From: a virus
Lineage: Duplodnaviria; Caudoviricetes
Virus record (IMG/VR): IMGVR_UViG_3300046739_000271
Span: 1 to 47,573 of that record
Strand: one strand, 5' to 3'
Length of the DNA: 47,573 nt
This document shows, piece by piece, positions 27,528 to 34,598 of the stretch. A program made the position numbers and the translations under genes. The notes beneath the pieces are model-generated. The model ran no database searches. It was given only the letters and a program-made list of their open reading frames with translations, and was not told where the DNA came from. Position 1 is the first letter of the stretch, and each line of letters opens with the position of its first letter.

Positions 27528-27666
27528 GACGAACGCAGGCCGGCGGGTGGCCGGCTCACAGACCTGAGAAGCCGCTGTGTCTGAAGGTGCCCTTTGGGGC
27601 CGACGCAGGTACGCCGCATGGTCGCGGCTATGGATGCGGCCAGCCGTTCAACTCGGCCGTTCGTCA
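27528..27666 (+). ncRNA. tRNA-like RNA 3 (8/4 acceptor/T fold)
   Basis: GACGAACG/CGTTCGTC 8-bp stem; GGCCGGC-GGGTG-GCCGGCT arm; T arm GCCG-TTCAACT-CGGC. Confidence 0.75.
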
Positions 27667-27741
27667 ATGGGTCCGGTCGGTCGTGCTGCATGATGCAACT
27701 CCTGGGTGAGCCGGCCGGACCCTCTTTTCACGGGTGACTCC

Positions 27742-27930
27742 ATGGACGCCGACACGCCGACGGTTCCCGACCTGGACCTTGACAGCGAATTGACCAAGGC
27801 TGCCACGAAGATGGCGGTTGACGCTTGGGATGAGATGTCAACGGACCTGCAACTCCGGATCACGTTCGACTGGCTGGTCGAGCGGTTTCGCAAGATTCTT
27901 CTCGCCCGCAGCAAGGAGAAGCGGTCGTGA
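27742..27930 (+). CDS. Hypothetical protein
   Basis: GGTGA SD; GTGA overlap with the next gene. Confidence 0.55.
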   Translation: MDADTPTVPDLDLDSELTKAATKMAVDAWDEMSTDLQLRITFDWLVERFRKILLARSKEKRS

Positions 27931-28628
27931 TTGGTGAAGGCGAGGCCCTAACTCGGTCTGTGCTGATGTCGTTGGAGGATGACGCCCCGCGGCTAGTGTA
28001 CGCCGACTGGCTGGATGAGCGGGCCGACTGCGAACTAGCCTCAAGCCTCCGGCTCGGCTCGCTGGTGACCCGGAAGCCGTCCGTTCGGGGCGACGGCGGC
28101 GACGGCGGCGGCGGCGGCGGCGGCGACGGCGGCGGCGGCGGCGGCGACGGCGACGGCGGCGACGGCGGCGGCGGCGGCGGCGGCTTCGGCGACGGCTACG
28201 GCGGCTTCGGCGGCGGCGGCGACGGCTACGGCGGCTTCGGCGGCGACGGCTACGGCGGCTTCGGCGGCGGCGGCTTCGGCGGCGACGGCGACGGCTCTAA
28301 TTCAGAGGTCACGTACATGGTCGATGGACTCTACATCATCACGCTTCCGGGCGGCTGGAATCCATATGTGGTGATCGGTTGGGTTGAAGTCGTGGGCCTC
28401 GAACTGACGGTGCGAGGCGGCCGATGTATCCGGCGATTCGGCGCGAACCAATCCCTCTCCGTCTTGGCCGCCAAGGGACCGGCCAGCGATACGCAACTCC
28501 TGCCACCGTCCGAAGAGGAGTTGTTCTGGCGTCCCAACGTCGGCCGCGCTATCGCGGCGAATCCAAAAGCGTGGAAGAAGGAATGCCCGCGGCCGAAGAC
28601 GCACGCGCTGGCCGCAATGGAGGATTAA
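27927..28628 (+). CDS. TIGR02996-like domain, Gly-rich repeat and DUF6948-like domain
   Basis: EDDAPRLVYADWLDE; GGDG/GYGGF tract; RCIRRFG....LSVLAAKGP..TQL. Confidence 0.75.
   Translation: MIGEGEALTRSVLMSLEDDAPRLVYADWLDERADCELASSLRLGSLVTRKPSVRGDGGDGGGGGGGDGGGGGGDGDGGDGGGGGGGFGDGYGGFGGGGDGYGGFGGDGYGGFGGGGFGGDGDGSNSEVTYMVDGLYIITLPGGWNPYVVIGWVEVVGLELTVRGGRCIRRFGANQSLSVLAAKGPASDTQLLPPSEEELFWRPNVGRAIAANPKAWKKECPRPKTHALAAMED
28089..28295 (+). repeat. GGC/GAC/TAC/TTC low-complexity coding repeat
   Basis: Runs of GGC codons punctuated by GAC, TAC and TTC. Confidence 0.95.
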
Positions 28629-28631
28629 ACC

Positions 28632-28835
28632 GTGCTAGTGTTATCCCGCAAGGAATCCGAGTCTCTGAAAATCGGCCCCGACATCACAGTGATGGTCGTC
28701 TCGGTCGAGCGGGGCAAGGTCCGGCTCGGTATTACCGCTCCCCGGAGCGTGCCGGTGTACCGGACCGAATTACTCGAAGTTGACCACCGGCATGACGAGC
28801 CGGTCCTGCCGCCGGAGTACGGGGGTGAGTCGTAG
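28632..28835 (+). CDS. csrA: Carbon storage regulator CsrA/RsmA homolog
   Basis: MLVLSRKESESLKIGPDITVMVVSVERGKVRLGITAPRSVPVYRTEL. Confidence 0.93.
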   Translation: MLVLSRKESESLKIGPDITVMVVSVERGKVRLGITAPRSVPVYRTELLEVDHRHDEPVLPPEYGGES

Positions 28836-28850
28836 CCACGGAGCGAGGCC

Positions 28851-29111
28851 ATGCCAACACACGAGCCGGTGAGCGATGCTACCTCGCTCGCCCGGATGGC
28901 GGACGGGTGGATCAGAATCAGGCCGCCGGACGGCGTGCGGGTGTTCCTGCGGCCCGGCGGCGGGTTTGATCTCTACTTGGACCCGGTGAGGGCCGCGGAG
29001 TGGTCAGCGATGAACCACGTGACACGGATGCGTGATCTGGTATGGCGGTCGGCCCCGTTCACGATGACGAATGGGCACGGCCTGAACGGCGAGGCGATTG
29101 AGCCGGAGTGA
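28851..29111 (+). CDS. Hypothetical protein
   Basis: GGAG/GAGG SD. Confidence 0.6.
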   Translation: MPTHEPVSDATSLARMADGWIRIRPPDGVRVFLRPGGGFDLYLDPVRAAEWSAMNHVTRMRDLVWRSAPFTMTNGHGLNGEAIEPE

Positions 29112-29139
29112 CGGTGGGATAACCGTCGTTCTGTTAAGG
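29112..29139 (+). other. dif/Xer-like site 1: CGGTGGGATAA-CCGTCG-TTCTGTTAAGG
   Basis: 11-6-11 architecture resembling E. coli dif (GGTGCGCATAA-TGTATA-TTATGTTAAAT). Confidence 0.6.
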
Positions 29140-29177
29140 TTTTGTTGAGTTGGATAGTGACCAATGGGAAGCCTTGG

Positions 29178-29271
29178 CGGATGGGTGGCGAGTGGGTGAT
29201 ACCCCTGGCCGTGCCCGCAAGCACTCACCCTCATCAGGTGGGGAAACCGGGTTCGATTCCCGGCCGTTCCA
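29178..29271 (+). ncRNA. tRNA-like RNA 4 (CAT loop; 5' boundary uncertain)
   Basis: TCACC-CTCATCA-GGTGG arm, 5-nt variable region, T arm CCGGG-TTCGATT-CCCGG; acceptor pairing imperfect. Confidence 0.55.
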
Positions 29272-29275
29272 TTAG

Positions 29276-29515
29276 CCCGACCGCCCCCGCGTGAGGTCCT
29301 CCATGCTCAGCAACCCGCGACCCGGCCAACGCGTTCGCCTGCACTACGCCAACGCGCGGCGGTCGTTCTTCGTCTACTACGGACGGTCCGGAACCGTGGA
29401 GATCGCCGGGAAAGGCCGACCGCGGAACCATTTGGTCCGGCTCGATGACGGCACGCGGGTGATTGTCCCGGCCGGTAATCTGTATCCCGACTCCCCGACC
29501 GCCCCCGCGTGAGGT
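29276..29515 (+). repeat. 22-bp exact direct repeat (29276-29297, 29494-29515) flanking one gene
   Basis: CCCGACCGCCCCCGCGTGAGGT occurs twice, and each copy supplies a GAGGT SD. Confidence 0.9.
29303..29512 (+). CDS. Small SH3/KOW-like protein
   Basis: PGQRVRL...GRSGTVE...HLVRLDDGTRVIVP.GNL. Confidence 0.65.
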   Translation: MLSNPRPGQRVRLHYANARRSFFVYYGRSGTVEIAGKGRPRNHLVRLDDGTRVIVPAGNLYPDSPTAPA

Positions 29516-29520
29516 TCCCC

Positions 29521-29778
29521 ATGAGCAACTTTATCAGCCATCGCGAAGAAGAGTTGGGAGAGACGTGCGACCGGCTCCAAACCTGGCTCGACACCTGCCT
29601 CCCTCCGGAATCTGAGTTTTACGTCGAGTTGTGCCTGACGAGGTATACGTCGGCCATTCTGATCGGTGACATCCTAGTGTGGGAGTCGGAGAACAGCCCG
29701 TGCGAGCCCACCTTCGAGAACTGCCGCGATGTGTTCCGGGAGAGGATGCAGAACTTGGCGAAGTTGATGAATCAATAA
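29521..29778 (+). CDS. Hypothetical acidic protein
   Basis: GAGGT SD supplied by the repeat. Confidence 0.65.
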   Translation: MSNFISHREEELGETCDRLQTWLDTCLPPESEFYVELCLTRYTSAILIGDILVWESENSPCEPTFENCRDVFRERMQNLAKLMNQ

Positions 29779-29782
29779 GGTT

Positions 29783-29810
29783 GGGTCGGATAGCGCCTCA
29801 AATGTTAAAT
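29783..29810 (+). other. dif/Xer-like site 2: GGGTCGGATAG-CGCCTC-AAATGTTAAAT
   Basis: The right arm matches the E. coli XerD arm at 9 of 11 positions. Confidence 0.65.
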
Positions 29811-29833
29811 TGCATGAAAGAACGACCGTCCAT

Positions 29834-30343
29834 ATGAGCCGGGGCATTCACACACTACCGAACCGTGGCCTGTCGAATGACTGGCTAACGCCGCCGTCGA
29901 TCATCCGGGCGCTTGGTCCATTCGATTTCGACCCATGTGCGCATCCGAAGCAAGAGAAGTTCAACAGGACGGCTGCCGTGATGGTTGCCCCGCCGGCCGA
30001 TGGACTTGTTGTCCCTTGGTCCGGAAGAGTCTGGCTGAACCCGCCTTACGGAAGCGAGTTGAGGCTGTGGATTGGCCGGCTTGCCCACCACGGTCAAGGA
30101 ACTGCTCTCGTCCCGTCTCGCACGGAAGTTGAATCATGGTTCTGGCCGTTCGTGTGGGAAGCGGCATCCGCGATCCTGTTCATCCGAGGCCGGCTTTACT
30201 TTTTTCGGCCTGACGGGACGACCGAAGGCAACGCTGGCCATGGGTCCGTTCTGGCGGCCTATGGAGACCTGGACGTTGAGCAACTGAAAAAAGCGGCTCG
30301 GACCAACAAGATCCCGGGTCGGCTGGTGGAGAACATCCGATAG
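29834..30343 (+). CDS. Phage DNA N6-adenine methyltransferase (Dam-type)
   Basis: DWLTPP, FDFDPCA, VWLNPPY, FIRGRLYF. Confidence 0.88.
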   Translation: MSRGIHTLPNRGLSNDWLTPPSIIRALGPFDFDPCAHPKQEKFNRTAAVMVAPPADGLVVPWSGRVWLNPPYGSELRLWIGRLAHHGQGTALVPSRTEVESWFWPFVWEAASAILFIRGRLYFFRPDGTTEGNAGHGSVLAAYGDLDVEQLKKAARTNKIPGRLVENIR

Positions 30344-30360
30344 CTGATCTTATGTTTGGT
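30333..30360 (+). other. dif/Xer-like site 3: ACATCCGATAG-CTGATC-TTATGTTTGGT
   Basis: 11-6-11 architecture; the left arm contains the methylase stop codon. Confidence 0.6.
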
Positions 30361-30365
30361 GAGAA

Positions 30366-30890
30366 ATGGCACACTTGTTCGACACCGAGCCCGAGACGCT
30401 GAGCGGGGCGACCATCAGCGAATGCGGCCTCTACCGCTACCGCCTCTGGCGGGTGTGGAACCAAGAGGCCCCGCTGATGGTGTTCGTCATGCAAAACCCG
30501 TCCACCGCGGACGCCAGCGAAGATGACCCGACCATCCGCAAGTGCATCGGCTTCGCCCGGAAGCACGGCTTCGGCGGAATTTCCGTGCGGAACGTGTTCG
30601 CGCTCCGGGCGACCGACGAGCGGGAACTATTGACCCATCCCGACCCGTTCGGGCCGGTGAACGAGGGGCACCTGATGGCCGCCCGTGCCGAGTCCCTGAT
30701 GACCCGGCTTGTCGTGGCCTGGGGGAACCGGCTGGGTGGGAGGCGGCTCCGGCATCATTACGACCGGGCCGCGGCCTGTTGCCTGACGCTCAAGCCCTAC
30801 TGTCTCGGGACCAATGCCAGCGGCGAGCCGAAACACCCGCTGTTCGTGCCCTACTCGGCTGCGTTGGTCCCCTGGCGGCACGTCGGATAA
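30366..30890 (+). CDS. DUF1643 family protein
   Basis: SECGLYRYRLWRVW...FVMQNPSTAD...DDPTIRKC..FA...NVFALRATD...AWG...PKHPL. Confidence 0.9.
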   Translation: MAHLFDTEPETLSGATISECGLYRYRLWRVWNQEAPLMVFVMQNPSTADASEDDPTIRKCIGFARKHGFGGISVRNVFALRATDERELLTHPDPFGPVNEGHLMAARAESLMTRLVVAWGNRLGGRRLRHHYDRAAACCLTLKPYCLGTNASGEPKHPLFVPYSAALVPWRHVG

Positions 30891-30894
30891 GTTT

Positions 30895-30922
30895 GGGTCC
30901 GAGAAGACCGATTATGTTCGTT
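30895..30922 (+). other. dif/Xer-like site 4: GGGTCCGAGAA-GACCGA-TTATGTTCGTT
   Basis: 11-6-11 architecture; preceded by an extra left-arm-like ACGTCGGATAA containing the DUF1643 stop. Confidence 0.6.
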
Positions 30923-30958
30923 TAGACATCACATGAGGATTGAGACGGGTGATATGTA

Positions 30959-33124
30959 ATGAGCTTGTCGCCGTGGACATTGAGAGCCAGGGGATCAACC
31001 GTCGGCATGGTGGCCGACGCATCGGAGGTCGGCCGCGCGTTTCGGCTATTCTGCGACGCCGATCACGCTTGCGAGGTCCGGGCGTTAACCACCGGTGCCC
31101 ACCGGAGCTTGGACGGCGGCGACGTTGACGGGCTGGTCGAGGCGGTCAGGGAACTTCCCTCGGGAATCGGAATCTACTTCGTCCTGAACCCGCTTCCGGT
31201 GGGGCTGGACAGTCCGGCGACGAATGCCGACGTGGTGTACCGGCGGTGGGTGTACATCGACGTCGACCCGCCCAAACCCGACGGGAAGGGCAAGTCGGCC
31301 ACCGACGCGGAGAAGGAATCCGCGGTGGCCCTCGGGCGGGAAGTGCAGGCTTACCTGGCCGCTCATGCGTGGCCGGCCCCGGTGGTGGTGGACTCGGGGA
31401 ACGGGGTGGCCCTGTACTACCTGGCCGAACTGCCCAACGACGAATTGGTCCGGGCGGCGTACTCCCGGCTGCTCGGCTTGCTGGGGAAGAAATTCGCCCA
31501 CGTCCCCGGCAGCATCGACCGGAGCGTGCATAGCGCGGCCCAGCTTGTGAAGCTGCCGGGGACGTGGGCACGGAAGGGGCCGGACGCCGACGATCGTCCT
31601 CACCGACCGTGCGAGATCACGTTCGTCCCGAAGAGTCTGGAGAAGCTGACCTTCGATGAGCTGAAGGTGGCCGGGGAAGGAGGGGACGAGAAGCCGGCGG
31701 CCGAAGGCCTGTCCAACGGGGCTAAACCGACGACGGAGGCGGCCCGACGATGCCTCGAAGCCGGGTGTGCCCGGATCGTCATGGCGGCGAAGGCCGACGA
31801 GGGGCGGAACAACGCTCTGAACGCCGCGGCCTTCGACATGGGCCGCAAGTTCATCAACGTCGGCTCGATCAGCCGCAAGGAAGTCGAGGAGCGGCTGTAT
31901 GAGGCGGCCTGCGAGTCCGGTCTGGACACGGATCACAACTGCGGGCCGGAGGGCATCCGCAAGACGATTGCCAGCGGTCTGGGTTCGGGCGAGAAGAAGA
32001 GGCCGGAGCCGATCCCGACCATCAAGGGGACGACGGCCGAGAGCAACGGGAAGCCGGGTCCGGACCGGCTGACCGTGAGCATGGCGAACGTCAAGCCTGC
32101 GGAGGTCGACTGGCTGGTGAGGAACCGGATTCCGAAGCGGTTCATCACGGTTTTTTCGGGGCGGACGGGGATCGGCAAGTCCTATGTCGCCCTAGATCTG
32201 GTGGCCCGGATCTCACGCGGCGGGGAGGTTCCGCTGGCCGGGGGTGAGAGATTCACGGCAGGCGGTACCCTCGTGCTGAGTGAAGACCCGCACGAGTACG
32301 TAATCGCTCCGCGGCTGATTGACGCCGGGGCCGAGTTGGAACGAATTCACGCCATGACCTGGGAAGCGATGGGGAAGTACCAGCTCGGGGACACGGAGAT
32401 GCTGTCGCGGGCGTGTGCGGAGGTTCCGGGCGGGGTCTCCGTGGTGATGATCGACCCGCCCACGAACTTTCTGGAGGGCACCGACGAGCACAAGAACGCC
32501 GAGGTCAGGCAACTGGTAATGAAGGTCGTTGAGTGGGCGATCGGTCGTGACGTGGCCGTGCTGTTCATCCTGCACGTGAACAAGAACGTGAAGGGCGTGG
32601 AGGCCTTGAACCGGGTGATGGGGTCGGTGGCCTGGGTGACGACGGCACGGATCGCCCATGCCTTCTGCGCCGACCCGGACGACCGGTCGCGGTCGCTCTG
32701 GGTGCCGATGAAAAACAACCTCGGGCCGCTGGAGAAGGCGATCGCGTTCCGGATCGTGAAGGACGGCGGCACGACGACGGTGCGGTGGGAGGGGGAGATC
32801 GACACCACGGCTGACGACGCCATGGGTCGGGAGCCCGACCGGAAGAGGCGTGACATCCGGGCCGGTGAATGGCTGGTGGATCAATTCCGAACACGCCTGG
32901 AATGGGAGTCGGGGGACCTATTCGAACGGGCCCGGCAGGACGGGGTGAGCCGGAACGCCATCTTCGAGGCGAAGGAGTCGCTCAAGCTGCCGCGGGCCCG
33001 GCGGCAGGTCAAGGAGAATGGTGAAGAAGTGTACATATGGTGGGTATCCGTGGACTGGCTGGCCGAGCACTCCAAGCCGCCCCGGTGTCCCACGACTGGT
33101 ACATCCGGGACACCGGGACAGTAG
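30959..33124 (+). CDS. Primase (AEP-like)-helicase (AAA_25/RepA-like) fusion
   Basis: YIDVD, VDSGNG, KLPGT, GRNNAL; Walker A GRTGIGKS, VMIDP, ILHVNK, KNNLG. Confidence 0.85.
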   Translation: MSLSPWTLRARGSTVGMVADASEVGRAFRLFCDADHACEVRALTTGAHRSLDGGDVDGLVEAVRELPSGIGIYFVLNPLPVGLDSPATNADVVYRRWVYIDVDPPKPDGKGKSATDAEKESAVALGREVQAYLAAHAWPAPVVVDSGNGVALYYLAELPNDELVRAAYSRLLGLLGKKFAHVPGSIDRSVHSAAQLVKLPGTWARKGPDADDRPHRPCEITFVPKSLEKLTFDELKVAGEGGDEKPAAEGLSNGAKPTTEAARRCLEAGCARIVMAAKADEGRNNALNAAAFDMGRKFINVGSISRKEVEERLYEAACESGLDTDHNCGPEGIRKTIASGLGSGEKKRPEPIPTIKGTTAESNGKPGPDRLTVSMANVKPAEVDWLVRNRIPKRFITVFSGRTGIGKSYVALDLVARISRGGEVPLAGGERFTAGGTLVLSEDPHEYVIAPRLIDAGAELERIHAMTWEAMGKYQLGDTEMLSRACAEVPGGVSVVMIDPPTNFLEGTDEHKNAEVRQLVMKVVEWAIGRDVAVLFILHVNKNVKGVEALNRVMGSVAWVTTARIAHAFCADPDDRSRSLWVPMKNNLGPLEKAIAFRIVKDGGTTTVRWEGEIDTTADDAMGREPDRKRRDIRAGEWLVDQFRTRLEWESGDLFERARQDGVSRNAIFEAKESLKLPRARRQVKENGEEVYIWWVSVDWLAEHSKPPRCPTTGTSGTPGQ

Positions 33125-33294
33125 TGCAGGAAGTCTATACGGGATATGGACTTCCCTACTGTCCCGGTGGTCGGGACAGTAGACCGACCGGGACAGCAGC
33201 TATCGTCCTGGTGTCCCGGTCAGTCTGAAAACCGGGACAGTAGGGAAGTCCTTATGTGGTATGAGTTTCCAGCACTACTGTCCCGGTGTCCCGG
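33105..33294. repeat. Putative replication origin: nested inverted repeats with CCGGGACA iterons
   Basis: IR pairs 33105-33140/33259-33294, 33148-33168/33231-33251 (perfect 21 bp) and 33181-33195/33212-33226. Confidence 0.8.
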
Positions 33295-33371
33295 TGTCCC
33301 GTTTGTCCGTGAATCACCCGCCCGAATCGTTCGGCCGGGAACCTGTGACCGTGAACGTGGAGTGAGTGAAC

Positions 33372-34202
33372 ATGTGGACACAAAAGGCAACGAAGGGCGG
33401 GGACGGACAGTTTGAGCGTGCCCCTGCCGGCAACCACCCCGCCGTGTTGATCGGCCTGATCGACATGGGCACCCAGGAGAACAACTACCAGGGTAATACG
33501 ACGTGGCAGCACCGGGCGTACTTCGTCTACGAGCTGGTGCTGGAGAAGATGCAGACGAGTCCGGGCCGGAACTTCATCCTGGCCACCGATCTGACCGTCT
33601 CCATGAACGAGAAGGCCAAGCTGCGCAAGTGGATCGAGGCCCGGACGGGCAAGCAGATTCCGGACGGGGTCGAATACGACGTCAGCCAGGAAGTCGGTCA
33701 GCCGGTCCTGCTCAACGTCGTGCTGAACAAGGACGGGTACCCGAAGATCGAGTCGGTGGGCAGCGTGCCGAAGGGCATGGCGGTCCCGGCCCCGCAGAAC
33801 AAGCCGGTCATCATGACCCTGGACGAGTTCCGCGCCACCGGAAAGGTGCCCGAGTTCTGCCCCTGGCTCTACGGGGAGCGGTTGGAGGACCACATCAAGC
33901 GGGCACAGGAGATCACCGGCAAAGGGGTCAAGACTCCGGAGACGGGTGGGCAGTCTCCAACCACGTCGAGCAGGCCGACCCCGCCCTCCAAGCCGAACAC
34001 GCCGCCATCGGCAAACGGCAGCCGATCACCAAAGTTTTGGGTTGACCTCGGCGGTGGTCAGATGAACGACGAGCCGGTCGACGCGGCCGCGGTTGCCCAC
34101 CTGCTGCTCGCCAAGGGCCTGAACGAGTCGGCCGCCTGCTGCCAGGATGGGACGGAGATTTGGAAGCCGGCCCGCGATTTCGGGATCGCGCTACCGCTAT
34201 GA
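33372..34202 (+). CDS. SSB-like replication protein (NGO0469-like)
   Basis: FERAPAGNHPAVLIGLIDMGTQ...SMNEKAKLRKWIE..G...VGQPVLLNV. Confidence 0.75.
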   Translation: MWTQKATKGGDGQFERAPAGNHPAVLIGLIDMGTQENNYQGNTTWQHRAYFVYELVLEKMQTSPGRNFILATDLTVSMNEKAKLRKWIEARTGKQIPDGVEYDVSQEVGQPVLLNVVLNKDGYPKIESVGSVPKGMAVPAPQNKPVIMTLDEFRATGKVPEFCPWLYGERLEDHIKRAQEITGKGVKTPETGGQSPTTSSRPTPPSKPNTPPSANGSRSPKFWVDLGGGQMNDEPVDAAAVAHLLLAKGLNESAACCQDGTEIWKPARDFGIALPL

Positions 34203-34411
34203 GACCTATTCCACCCTCGGCGCGGACCGGCCGGCCGGTCCCGCCGAGCGGGCTGGTCCCGCTCAAGGCCGATTGGCCATTGCCGGACCGGCCCGAACCC
34301 GAGTTCTGTGGGATGTGCGGGTCGTGGTGCTACCACGACGACGGGAGCGATGCGTTTTGCACCCGGCGGGACTGCGAGTACCGGTTCAAGAGGCTGCGGG
34401 TGGGCAAGTGA
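34199..34411 (+). CDS. Small Cys-rich protein
   Basis: ATGA overlap; CGMC...CTRRDC. Confidence 0.55.
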   Translation: MRPIPPSARTGRPVPPSGLVPLKADWPLPDRPEPEFCGMCGSWCYHDDGSDAFCTRRDCEYRFKRLRVGK

Positions 34412-34598
34412 GGCCCACCCCGCCATCGGCCCATGGGTGGGTCGGCTGGTGTCGCTTGTCGGATGCGCTCCGCCGCGTCTGGCAGATCGTGGCGGAAGCC
34501 CCGACGGAGCGGGAGTGCTGGGCGAAGGTGTACGCGGTGATGGACCGCCGGCGGGGCGGGGCGCGGGATTGGTGCGTGTTGCCAAGTGGAGAGAAGCC

